This document shows, one piece after another, positions 25,601-36,818 of a DNA stretch of 64,000 nt (positions are counted from its first letter, which is position 1; every line of letters starts with the position of its first letter). The notes below the pieces were generated by a model. That model saw only the letters and a list, made by a program, of their open reading frames with translations, did not search any database and was not told where the DNA came from. The DNA is from Macrostomum lignano (Eukaryota). A program made the translations under genes and the position numbers. The stretch covers positions 1 to 64,000 of the forward strand of contig NIVC01001780.1 of the NCBI GenBank assembly GCA_002269645.1, in the 5' to 3' direction.

Positions 25601-26932
25601 AGGAACTGTGAGACAGTGGCTGCCGAGCTCCTTCACCAGCCACTTCAGCATTGAATTGTCAGACTTCTGAGCAGCAATGTGAAATGCCGTTCTATCACCA
25701 TCTCCCTTCAGCCGAAAGCAGTCAGTTCCGATCTGTCTCTTGATCCACTCCAGCGACTCGATGCCCTGATGCTCAGCGGCCAAATGGACGGCCGTGTCAC
25801 CGTATTCGCCAGGAACTGTGAGACAGTCGCTGCCGAGCTCCTTCACCAGCCACTTCAGATTTGAATTGTCAGACTTCTTAGCAGCAAAGTGAAATGCTGT
25901 TCTATCACCATCTCCCTTCAGCCGAAAGCAGTCAGTTCCGATCTGTCTCTTGATCCACTCCAGCGACTCGATGCCCTGATGCTCAGCGGCCAAATGGACG
26001 GCCGTGTTACCGTAACTGTCAGGAACTGTGAGACAGTCGTTGCCGAGCTCCTTCACCAGCCACTTCAGATTTGAATTGTCAGACTTTTTAGCAGCAAAGT
26101 GAAATGCTGTTCTATCGAGCCTTCCTTTCAGCCGAAAGCAGTCAGTTCCGATCTGTCTCTTGATCCACTCCAGCGACTCGATGCTCTGATGCTGAGCGGC
26201 CAAATGGACGGCCGTGTTCCCGTATTTGTAAGGAACTGTGAGACAGTCGTTGCCGAGCTCCTTCACCAGCCACTTCAGATTTGAATTGTCAGACTTCTTA
26301 GCAGCAAAGTGAAATGCTGTTCTATCACCATCTCCCTTCAGCCGAAAGCAGTCAGTTCCGATCTGTCTCTTGATCCACTCCAGCGACTCGATGCCCTGAT
26401 GCTGAGCGGCCAAATGGACGGCCGTGGTACCGTCTTCGTCAGGAACTGTGAGACAGTCGCTGCCGAGCTCCTTCACCAGCCACTTCAGACAAGAGTTGCT
26501 TTTTCTGTTCATAGCGGCAAAGTGAGCGACTGTCTCTCCATTTTTAGCGGCAATTCTCAAGCAGCCTCTGCCTACCTTCTTTTTAACCAGCTCAATCCAA
26601 GACTCGTCCTGATGCTGGGCAGCCAAGTGCACTGGAGTCTCGTACGTATCATTTCCAAGTGTCAGACAGTCGGGTCCGAATCTGTCAATCAGCAGCTCCA
26701 GGCACGACGAGCTCACCGGCTTGCAGGCAACGTGATGGGCCAGCGGCATGCGAAGCTCTTCCAAGGGAAAGTCGGGAAAGTCTTGCTTGTCGAAGCCGCC
26801 CACCTCCAGCCAGATGTTGCTGCCGACCTCACCGCACAGTCGCTGCAGCTCCTCGCTGTCTCCAGCCTCCAGCGCCGCCCTCAGCTTCCACTCCATCTCT
26901 GTTGCCATGGCTACACTCCCAGTGTTCCCCAT
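15297..26932 (-). CDS. Predicted ankyrin-caspase fusion gene (~1147 aa): exons 26932-24507, 24185-24130, 23993-23927, 16698-16639, 16415-16365, 16280-15926, 15725-15297
   Basis: All junctions are GT-AG with matching phases, and the summed CDS is 3444 nt with no internal stop. The 24185-24130 linker exon is the least certain; 24404-24373 is an alternative with the same phases. Confidence 0.7.
16739..23914. repeat. ~7.2-kb 15/13-bp satellite (GCTGTAGCTGTGT[GT])n inside a predicted intron of the ANK-caspase gene
   Basis: Uninterrupted tandem array; it explains the 2168-aa HTQLQ/HTATA/HSYST ORF. Confidence 0.98.
24205..24360. repeat. 20-bp repeat (GGGGCGCCATGGGGAGGTYG)
   Basis: About 8 imperfect copies, intronic. 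Confidence 0.85.
24507..26932 (-). CDS. Ankyrin-repeat exon (~21 ANK repeats, 210-bp two-repeat unit); probable N-terminal part of the caspase gene
   Basis: Long open frame with repeated DxxGxTAVHLAA / DRTAFHFAA motifs. It ends at a GG|gtgagt donor (24506-24501) whose TGA is the apparent ORF stop. The first in-frame ATG is at 26932 (MGNTGS); the frame stays open to 27073. Confidence 0.9.
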
Positions 26933-27535
26933 GCCGGCTTCTCCTAGCAGCGCTTCTCTGCCGATCTGCTGTCTGCCGCAGCTGTTCCACACGGCTTCAA
27001 ACTGAGTGCTTTGCTCTTCTTCAAGCGAATTTGCCTGCCAGCTCAGCAGCAGCAGCAAAAGTCCGGCTGTCACGGACTGAAATCTCTGAGCTCTCCTGTG
27101 CAGAGAAATTTGTTTAAATGGACTGAGGCCGATTCTCTTCTCTGACCCAGCGGCTGTGTTTGAGGCCTGATTGGGTGCCAGGGGGTCCGGCAGCTGCTCT
27201 GCTCAGCGGGGTGAGAGATGCAGGAGCAGTGAGATGCTGCGAGCTCTGCTGAGTTAAACAATGAGAGCTGACTGTGGCTGCGTGCTCGGCATAGCAAGTG
27301 CATTGTCAGTGGGCAGGGGTGAAGGGGCGGCAGCTGAGACACGAGGGGAGAGAGATGGAGAGGGGGGGAGGGCAGGGCTGAGGCCTGGAAACCAAGCGGA
27401 GCGCTCTGACGATTTTCAATTCAGTTTGCAATTGTATGGCAAATATTTTGCAGAAAAATGCTTATAACTGAGGATTTTCTGTTGCTGAACTCGAAACAGA
27501 TGGAGAATGGTCGCTTGGGTTTGCCAGCGACAATT

Positions 27536-28038
27536 TACATCAGTATCTAACAGGTGACATCAGTATCTAACAGGTGACATCGGTATCTAACATGTGACAT
27601 CATTATCTAACAGGTGACACGAGTATTTAACAGGTGACACCAGTATCTAACCGGTGACATCAGTATCTAACAGGTGACACCATTATCTAACGGGTGACAT
27701 CAGTATCTAACAGGTGACACCAGTATCTAACGGGTGACATCAGTATCTAACAGGTGACACCAGTATCTAACAGGTGACACCAGTATCTAACAGGTGACAC
27801 CAGTATCTAACGGGTGACATCGGTATCTAACGGGTGACACCAGTATCTAACAGGTGACACCAGTATCTAACAGGTGACACCAGTATCTAACGGGTGACAT
27901 CGGTATCTAACAGAAGACACCAGTATCTAACAGGTGACACCAGTATCTAAAAGGTGACACCAGTATCTAACAGAAGACACCAGTATCTAAAAGGTGACAC
28001 CAGTATCTAACAGGTGACATCAGTATCTAACAGGTGAC
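27536..28038. repeat. 20-bp minisatellite (CAGTATCTAACAGGTGACAY)n
   Basis: About 25 copies; same unit as at 1-505. Confidence 0.95.
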
Positions 28039-28535
28039 TGGCCACTGGAGAGACCGCGCGTTAGTGCCCAGTCAACGAAAAATATCGCACCACTTAACTA
28101 ATCAATAATTAATTCGTCACTTGACAGTCATGATACTTGATTTTCTGATTTAAATTTAGTAAAATTTAATTTCCACGACACGCAAAATTTGTGCAAGAAT
28201 TTGAAAGTTTGATTAAATTTCCTTGGATTGATGCTTTGAAAAAAATTACCTGATCGAAGAAATGATCTATTAAAAATGCTATTTTTGAAATGCTTGGTTT
28301 AGAGGACTGCTGACTTTAACCATACAGTCAGGGTGTCCTAGTAGCTTGACTACGGGCTACTGTGGTATATTTTGATTCGGTAAATATTTCATGTAACACA
28401 ATATCCGCTAACATCCGCATAGAGAAGCTATTATTTTGTATGGGCTAATTGGGGAATTAAAGCAAGCTTACGCGCAAATATTTTAATGTTTTTTTAGCAT
28501 GTAGATATTATGTCAAACATTTGGAAAGTCTCGCA

Positions 28536-29667
28536 TCAACGCTTGACTTCAAACTTGACGTCTTTGCACTCGTTGATTGTTTCGCAAGAATCTGAAATAG
28601 AAAAAAAGTCAGTAAACATATCTGGATTGTGAAATATTTTATTTGAAACTTTCTATTTGGTAGAGAAGGAACAGCTTCTTACCAGCAGTGCAGCAGATGC
28701 CTCTGGAAGCGCAGCGACCCTTGCCTCCCAGACAGACGGTGGCGACGCGACCGCAGCCCAGGACTTTCGCTGGCAGACGGCGGCACGCGGTGGTGTCCGG
28801 GCCGAAGCCGACGCGACATCCGCCGTGGGGGTGACAGCAGATGGTGCGGCCGAAACAGCGGCCCCAGCCGTGGGAGCAGCTCAGACAGGGACCGTTGATG
28901 GTATTGGTTGCCGGTACATGACTGCCTGCAGGTTTGAAGTTATGGTAGAATTTAAAATACCTGCGTTTGGATTCGGCGTGCCTTTACATTAATTTGAGGT
29001 TTAAGGCCCAGGGCTGGTTGGCCATCTCAAAATGCACACAGTGTGCATACTGTTGTAGCCCAGTGATAGAGCGTCGGACTCACGACTTGAAGGTCGGGAG
29101 TTCGATTCCCGATCCCACTCGGAACAATTTGTGTCCTTGAGCAAGGACAACTTAACTCTGCATTGCTTCAGTTCGCAAAGCTGTAAAATGGGTGTCAGCA
29201 TTAGCTGGGGTAATTGAGGCTGTGTGTGGGAGACACCCCAGTCCTTTGACTGAACAGCCTTCAGATGCACTGCGCAATAGCTGCGGCTGAGCTGTCGGTT
29301 GCAGATCTGGCCCAACTGGGGCAGGTGTAATCAATTATTATTATTATACTGCTGTACATTAAGAGTGTGTACCTGTGTGCTCGGATGTCAGTGACTGCTT
29401 GACTTCTTGCTGACGGCTGTAGCTATTAAAGCCTCCCTTCTGATGAGTATTTGGAATCAAAATTTTGAAGATTTTTAACGTGACTGCCTGCGACTCACCA
29501 GTCTCATCAGCTTGCATCGGCGCCAATTCAAACTCGTCTATCGAGCGTTTCTTTTTGCCGCCGGGCGCACAGTTTTCCATGAAACAGGCGCCGCAGCAAT
29601 GCAACAGGTATGCCAGGCACAGAAGAGTGAGAAGCTTGCGTTGAGCTGCTGTCGTCTTGTAGGTCAT
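28536..29667 (-). CDS. Vasopressin/oxytocin-family (platytocin-like) prepropeptide, 155 aa; exons 29667-29499, 28925-28683, 28591-28536
   Basis: Signal peptide (MTYKTTAAQRKLLTLLCLAYLLHCCGA), then CFMENCAPG-G-KKKR, then a neurophysin with 14 Cys (CLSCSHGWGRCFGRTICC...GKGRCASRGICCTADSCETINEC). Two phase-1 GT-AG introns give a 468-nt in-frame CDS. Confidence 0.95.
29052..29348 (+). mobile_element. tRNA-derived SINE with a CORE-like central domain, in intron 1 of the neuropeptide gene
   Basis: A-box TAGCCCAGTGA and B-box GAGTTCGATTCC. The central GTGTCCTTGAGCAAGGACAACTTAACTCTGCATTGCTTCAGTTCGCAAAGCTGTAAAATGGG resembles the MIR/CORE consensus. (ATT)n tail; possible ATACTG TSD. Confidence 0.75.
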
Positions 29668-29889
29668 TGTTAGTTTCTGTAAAATAGAACGAGAAGTATT
29701 CGATAGTAGCTGATACTATCGACAAAAGCTACAGAACTCTTTACGGTTCCTGGAAATTGAAAAGCTGGTAGTCAACTTACCGGTTGAAGAAGATACGAGG
29801 CAGCACAGCTAGGAAGAAAAAATTCTGATGAGCTCGAAAGGTTACCTGTTCAATCTTGGCTATTCCTTTTCCGCGCTTCTTGCTCTGTC

Positions 29890-29896
29890 TTTTATA
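29890..29896 (-). promoter_or_regulatory. Candidate TATA box (TATAAAA) of the neuropeptide gene
   Basis: Perfect TATAAAA upstream of putative 5'UTR exons (donors at 29845 and 29781; acceptors at 29809 and ~29678). Confidence 0.4.
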
Positions 29897-30473
29897 GACA
29901 TTTCCAAATCCGCGAGTAGATGGCTTGGGCTTTGGAGGCGGCGATTTTGTCCCCAATTGGAATAATTATTCACAACGTTTGAAGCTCAAGTTTCATTTGC
30001 TCAAATTTGAAATTGGTCCATTTTTCTGATCAGCAATTATAAAATTCAGTGAAAGAAGAAAATTGTTGAAACTTTTTGCCCAATTACTGATGGGGCTCTC
30101 GGTAAAAGAAAAAACGCCTCTTACAAAGCCCCTAACAAATTATTAGAATAACAGTTTTCGCCTTTCATCTCACATGTTTATACAATTTATACTTTCGTTG
30201 TAATTTCTCGTAAATGAAAACTTTCGTGTTTCGTATCGGATAGAAGATATGGACTGGAAAGCAGTTGTTAGTTAGTCTTGAGGGATACTTCTGGGTGTAG
30301 TGTCGCAAAGTCGCTTTTCGCTGAACCCCTGAGCACGCATATGGATTACTTACTCATGCAAAGTGTACGAGTGGCTTTGAACTTCTCAACAATAAAGGAT
30401 TGCCACAACACGCGGAAAAATCTAAAAGAACTCTGGAGCTAGAGTCGGTCGTGTCAGGGCTCTGTCGATTTGT

Positions 30474-30861
30474 CATGAATCTCTTGAAGATATAGATCAA
30501 GATCATGAATCTCTTGAAGATATAGATCAGGATCATGAATCTCTTAAAGATATAGATCAAGATCATGAATCTCTTAAAGATATAGATCAAGATCATGAAT
30601 CTCTTGAAGATATAGATCAAGATCATGAATCTCTTGAAGATATAGATCAAGATCATGAATCTCTTCAAGATATAGATCAATATCATGAATCTCTTAAAGA
30701 TATAGATCAAGATCATGAATCTCTTGAAGATATAGATCAAGATCATGAATCTCTTGAAGATATAGATCAAGATCATGAATCTCTTAAAGATATAGATCAA
30801 TATCATGAATCTCTTAAAGATATAGATCAATATCATGAATCTCTTAAAGATATAGATCAAT
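30474..30861. repeat. 30-bp minisatellite (GATCATGAATCTCTTGAAGATATAGATCAA)n
   Basis: About 13 copies. Confidence 0.95.
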
Positions 30862-31951
30862 ATAATTAATCTCTAGAAGATAAATCAAGACGTCAATTTG
30901 GTAAGTGCATGGACCTCTTAAAAGTTCAGGTTTTAACTAGATACATTGACATGTAAATGTTTTCTAGGGGTAACTTTCATGGCATCTCAGAAGTCCACCC
31001 ATGGGACTTGACGTATTGGCGATTCCCCCCAGGAGGCGTTTATGGTTGAGAGGTCAAATACAAGCGTATTCTATGGTAAAACTGATGTTAACACTGTCCC
31101 TAACCTTTTTGTTTGATATGACGCTTCTTTTATGTTAGAGGTGGCATGACATGGTCCATGAACATAAGCAGTGATTTAGTTGACTCTTTGTCACAGCTTT
31201 TCCTTAACAGAACTGTAACACTTTTGAGAGCATGGTCTTATTGTCGTTTGCTGCTTCACTAACACTGCTGATTAATTTGCTAATACATTTGCGTAATAAG
31301 TTTATTTTGAATGCTGTCATGTTCTCAACTTCAATCAATATACTAGTATTAATTATATTTATATTCTGACTAAGACATTCTCCGCAGTGAGTTTAGGGTG
31401 GGTGCAAAATTTGGTTTTGTAGAGTTTTCATTTTTATTGCTAGAGATTATAATATAGTTATCTAAACATTAGTATAAACAAAATTATATTTAAGAAAATC
31501 TTTTTTTTCGATTTCCAGTGCCCACTAGCTAAGTGCATCGATAATTATAATTAACCACGCAATTATTTAAACAAAAAAGAAGCAATTTTGAATTGCTCAA
31601 TCTTCTATGCCGAAATTTTTCTGCTAAATCACAGATTGCCGATTGCCGATTTGCGACTTGTTTTTATCGCTTCAAAGGTTTTCCTCCAGAATCTTCATAA
31701 TTTTAACTCCAATTAAATCTCCTCACCACGGTCTTCTTCCTAATTCCTAATGCCTGGCGTTTGAAAATTTTGCGCGGAGTTTTTCTCACTTATCATCGTT
31801 TTCTTCATCGGAGAAATTACGGTAATTATTTCTAAGAAAAGAAAAATAAATTTCTCGATCTTCGACCCACGATTTTCGAGGATGCTTTAATTCTCAATTT
31901 TTTTAATTTATTTGCGAGGGATGCGAAGCTTATTGCCACTTGGGGGTTGTC

Positions 31952-32157
31952 GAGGATGACAACGCGCCGCCACACCGAGCCGATGCTGTTAGTCAACTGA
32001 AAGAACAGCTACAGCTGCGCACTCTGCGCTGACCTTCCCGGTCCCCAGGCATAAATCACATCGAGCATGTCTGGGACTTCCTAAAAACGCAGAATTCGAA
32101 AAGAGAATCTACCACAGAATGTTGCGGAGCTGCGTCATGCCATTGAAAACGCATCCC
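31952..32157 (+). mobile_element. Tc1-family transposase pseudogene fragment (DD34E)
   Basis: Translates EDDNAPPHRA...R*PSRSPGINHIEHVWDFLK, matching the Tc1 DNAPxH...WPSxSPDLNPIEHVW motif with 34 residues between D and E. It has an in-frame stop and a frameshift and is cut by a satellite at ~32155. Confidence 0.8.
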
Positions 32158-33160
32158 AGATCTCAGATCCCAGATCTCAGATCCCAGATCTCAGATCCCA
32201 GATCTCAGATCCCAGATCTCAGATCCCAGATCTCAGATCCCAGATCTCAGATCCCAGATCTCAGATCCCAGATCTCAGATCCCAGATCTCAGATCCCAGA
32301 TCTCAGATCCCAGATCTCAGATCCCAGATCTCAGATCCCAGATCTCAGATCCCAGATCTCAGATCCCATTTGAGTAGTATCAGAATCCACAACTCCTATT
32401 TGAGCACTTTCAGAATCCTCAAATCCCATTTGAGCAGTATCAGAATCATCAAATCTCATTTGAGTAGTATCAGAATCCACAACTCCTAGTTGAGCAGTAT
32501 CAGAATCCTCAAATCCTATTTGAGCAGTATCAGAATCCTCAAATCCCACTTGAGCAGTATCAGAATCCACAACTCCTATTTGAGTAGTATCAGAATCATC
32601 AAATCCCATTTCAGTTGTATCAGAATTCAAATCCCATTTCAGTTGTATCAGAATTCAAATCCCATTTGAGTAGTATCAGAATCCCAAAATCCTATTGAGA
32701 AGTTTCCGTGGCGCTAGAAAAACCCTGTGGCGCAGGTGAGCTGCTCTGTTTCGTTAATCATCTGTCACAAATCTTTCAGATCTGGACTTTAAATGCCGCT
32801 AAGAGTCCTAATTTAACTAGTCCTGAAGTTCAGCCCTAAAAAGATTTAAAATATAGAATCCCAAATCCCGAATCCCAAAAATCAAAATCCCACATCTTAA
32901 ATCCCAAATCCCACATCCCAAATCCCACATCCCACATCCCAAATCCAAAATCTCAATCCCAAATCGTAAATTACAAATCTCAAATCCCAAATCCAAATCC
33001 CAAATCCCAAATCCCAAATTTCAAATCCCAAATCGCAAATCTCAAATCCTAAATCCCAAATCTCAAATCCCAAATTAAAAATCCCAAATTCTAAATCTCA
33101 AATCCCAAATCTCAAATCCAAAATCTCAAATCCAAAATCTCAAATCCCAAATCGCAAATC
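32155..33160. repeat. Satellite cluster: 14-bp (TCTCAGATCCCAGA)n 32155-32367; 30-bp unit ~32364-32690; (AAATCCC)n-like ~32855-33160
   Basis: Tandem units visible directly. Confidence 0.9.
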
Positions 33161-33321
33161 TTATGTCCGTAATGTCCAAAGTTTTAGATCCAAAACTTTC
33201 CAAATCCCTAAAAATCCCAAACCACTCCATAATCCTAACCATTCTCCGAAACCAGACCAAACCTTTGTAGACTGAGTCTTGTAGACTGGAGCCTTATGTT
33301 ATTAGTTCGCAACTTCTCATT

Positions 33322-33430
33322 GGTTGTAGCCTAGTGGTTGGAGCTTCGGATTCACGACGATTCCAGATCCCACTGGAACAGTTAAGCACATGCATCTGGC
33401 CCAACTTGGGGCAGGTGTAATAAATAATAA
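33322..33430 (+). mobile_element. Internally deleted copy of the SINE at 29052
   Basis: Shares the head GGTTGTAGCCTAGTGG...GGATTCACGAC and the tail ATCTGGCCCAACTTGGGGCAGGTGTAAT(AAT)n. Confidence 0.7.
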
Positions 33431-33834
33431 CAGTAATCGCTATTCTATCTCATGCTGTCGGTTTGCTCCGACTACTGACCATAATTACAACGCTATGGAC
33501 AGCCACAGGATCCGTTCTTGTTGACGTACATGTATGTCTATTCAACACACTGGACCTTCGTCCAGCATGCAAATCCATGCATAACCAGCATCGATCTCTG
33601 TCGAAATCAACGCATCCTTATGGGTCTCTCCGTGGAAGCGGCATGCTGCGGAAGAATCTGCCTTGCTGCCTTGCCTTGCCTTGATCAAAGTAGGTGTTTG
33701 AGCTTTGACAGGTCCCCCCAGTAAAAGCTATGGATCAGGGACATGCCAATGCTTTGTTTCCCCCACCCCATCAATTGTGTCCCGTAGTTGTGAAAAGCAA
33801 TAATTTTGTTTTAGGGCGCTAAAATATAGCACCT

Positions 33835-34128
33835 ACGGCGGCGCGAAAATGAGTGCCTGCGGCGCTAAAATGAGTGCCTGCGGCGCTAAAAATGAGTGCC
33901 TGCGGCGCTAAAATGAGTGCCTGCGGCTCTAAAATGAGTGCCTGCGGTGCTAAAATGAGTGCCTGCGGTGCTAAAATGAGTGCCTGCGGTGCTAAAATGA
34001 GTGTCTGCGGCGCTAAAATGAGTGCCTGCGGCTCTAAAATGAGTGCCTGCGGTGCTAAAATGAGTGTCTGCGGCTCTAAAATGAGTGCCTGCGGTGCTAA
34101 AATGAGTGTCTGCGGCTCTAAAATGAGC
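33835..34128. repeat. 21-bp minisatellite (AAAATGAGTGCCTGCGGCGCT)n
   Basis: About 14 copies. Confidence 0.95.
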
Positions 34129-36197
34129 GCTGACAACACCGATTCTCAAAATAATGCACATGTAGAAATTTAGTTATGTGCAGTGTACATTTAAAATTCC
34201 TTGCTTTGTCCCTCCACCATAAAACTCATGGCGATCGACGCCCTCTCTGCTTCATGCCGCAGGGGCAGCTCAAGCCTGTGCCTGACCACCATGAGCCTGA
34301 GCCTCTGGTTCTACTCGTACTTTTGATGGCTCCCAGCCCGGCCTATCGCCCGTCCGCGCCTGGCTGCCCTGCATCTTCTTCAGCGGCTCCGACACTAATC
34401 GAAAATCATTACAATCATTACAATGGAAAATCGAAGAGTTTTCTCATCCTTGCTTTAATGTACGCGCATGGTTTGCCTTCAGCTGTTGTTTTTCATGCGG
34501 CTTTTAGCCCTTCCATACCCAGGATCCAGGTGTATGTTAGTGTCGCCTGTCAGCAGTGCAGTCATAACAGTGGTAGGGCATTCTCCATGACTCTGCCTGC
34601 TTGGTATTGAAACTTGCTGCGCTCGTATTCAGAAAAATAACTAACACAAACAAAGTTTTAAAAGGTTTAATAAAAAAACAGATAGATAATAGCTAAAAAA
34701 AGTAGCCAAACACACAGATGGCTAATTTAAGCTAAGGTCTTTACATTTTTGAAAAGAACAAAGTAAACATTAATTAATATGATTACATAGATTGTACCAA
34801 AGTACAAATAAACAACACTATTCCGCAGTCCGCAGCCATTAAATTTTATTAGCGTTCAAAACGCTGATATGCTATTACAGACTTATCATAGATATTTAAT
34901 GTTAGACCCACCCATTTGCCTGCACTAAAACAGCCACGCAGACCATGCATGCCCTCTCTGTGTTAATTTATCTAACTGCCTAACTATGCAAAAAAGCAAA
35001 TAAGATGGGTGGGGCGGAAAAATATCACGCCACCACCCCAACACTGCCCCTGAGCACAATGTCGAGCATTATAAATACAATGCAATTGAAAGAGCCGAGG
35101 CTCTTCACTGCCGAGTTTAGTAGAGTTTGAGCTCAAACCTAAGAAAAGGGCTTGTCTCAGTTCTTCGAAGCTTCTGTCTGTCGTGGCAGAGGGGTAGCAG
35201 GCGTGTAAGGTAGTTGGCGTGAGAGGCCACCAGAGACTACCGATAAACGACCTGTTACAAATTTACTGACCCCCCGAATTTAAACAAAGGCTGTCGATTC
35301 GTCCACCTTTTTAAAGGTTCGCCTGCTTTCGCGTTTTGGGATCTGGACTGCCTTTGCAGCAGCACCAATTCATAGGGAAAAACATAAGAAATAAACTACA
35401 AATTCTCCCCTTTAAGCCTACACCTACTCAACTTCATTCAATTTATCCATCTCTACAGTATTCTGTCATCTCCTTCTCTATCCACTCTACTACACCATTA
35501 AACTGCTACTGCCACCAGCATGGTGGATATGGTATGGATTTAGTTAGCTCGTAATTAGTGCTGTCAATGCTTTCTTTTCTCATGTAAGCGAAATTGTGAG
35601 CACATTACGTGCTACCAGCATGCTAATCCAACATTGTACCCACCCTACTTCTACTCTCTACCCTTCTCCTCTTAACTCTACCCTCCCTACTTTGTCCTAT
35701 CATCTCCTCTACCGTCTCCTCTCATCTCCCTCCCCGTAAGTCTCTGTCGAAAATATTCTGTCCCTGGAGTCTCGGAGGGGCTCCTCTCGTGACCGAGGTG
35801 ATCCTCATCTCCGAGCACTGCCACCTGAAACCCGCGGGCACAGTGGACAGCCGCTGAGCGAATTTCTCTGCTCTCTCCGTACATCTGACCTCCAAACTTT
35901 GATAACTTTTTTAAATGTCTCAAAGGTAAATGGAAACGAGTTTTTTTTCAACTGGGGTTTCTCAATGCTACTCAAACTCAAATAGTCAATATTTGAAGTT
36001 GGTGCATAAACCACTGAAAGCAAAACAGGATGGACGCGAGACGCTAAGATGACGAATACATGAAAAATACATGTGCGCACAACATGGGAATAAGTATCTT
36101 GTGCGCAAGGTGAGTGGAAGGGGGCGAGAGAAATCTTGTGCCCAGTGTCCAGGAGAACTTGGCGCGACGCAGGCCTTCCGCTCCAGCTGAGTCGTCA

Positions 36198-36818
36198 GTG
36201 GCGGTAGGCAGTGGACCTGTTGGGGGAGAGGCGGTAGGCAGCGGAGCTGTTGGGGGAGAGGCGGTAGGCAGTGGAGATGTTGGGGGAGAGGCGGTAGGCA
36301 GCGGAGCTGTTGGGGGAGATTCGGTAGGCAGTGGACCTGTTGGGGGAGAGGCGGTAGGCAGCGGAGCTGTTGGGGGAGAGGCGGTAGGCAGTGGACCTGT
36401 TGTGGGAGAGGCGGTAGGCAGCGGAGCTGTTGGGGGAGAGGCGGTAGGCAGTGGAGATGTTGGGGGAGAGGCGGTAGGCAGTGGAGATGCTGGGGGAGAG
36501 GCGGTAGGCAGCGGAGCTGTTGGGGGAGAGGCGGTAGGCAGTGGACCTGTTGGGGGAGAGGCGGTAGGCAGTGGAGATGTTGGGGGAGAGGCGGTAGGCA
36601 GCGGAGCTGTTGGGGGAGAGGCGGTAGGCAGTGGAGATGTTGGGGGAGAGGCGGTAGGCAGTGGAGATGTTGGGGGAGAGGCGGTAGGCAGCGGAGCTGT
36701 TGGGGGAGAGGCGGCAGGCAGCGGAGCTGTTGGGGGAGAGGCGGCAGGCAGCGGAGCTGTTGGGGGAGAGGCGGCAGGCAGCGGAGCTATTGGGGGAGAG
36801 GCGGCAGGCAGCGGAGCT
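36198..36818. repeat. 30-bp minisatellite (GCGGTAGGCAGYGGAGMTGTTGGGGGAGAG)n
   Basis: About 20 copies. Confidence 0.95.
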
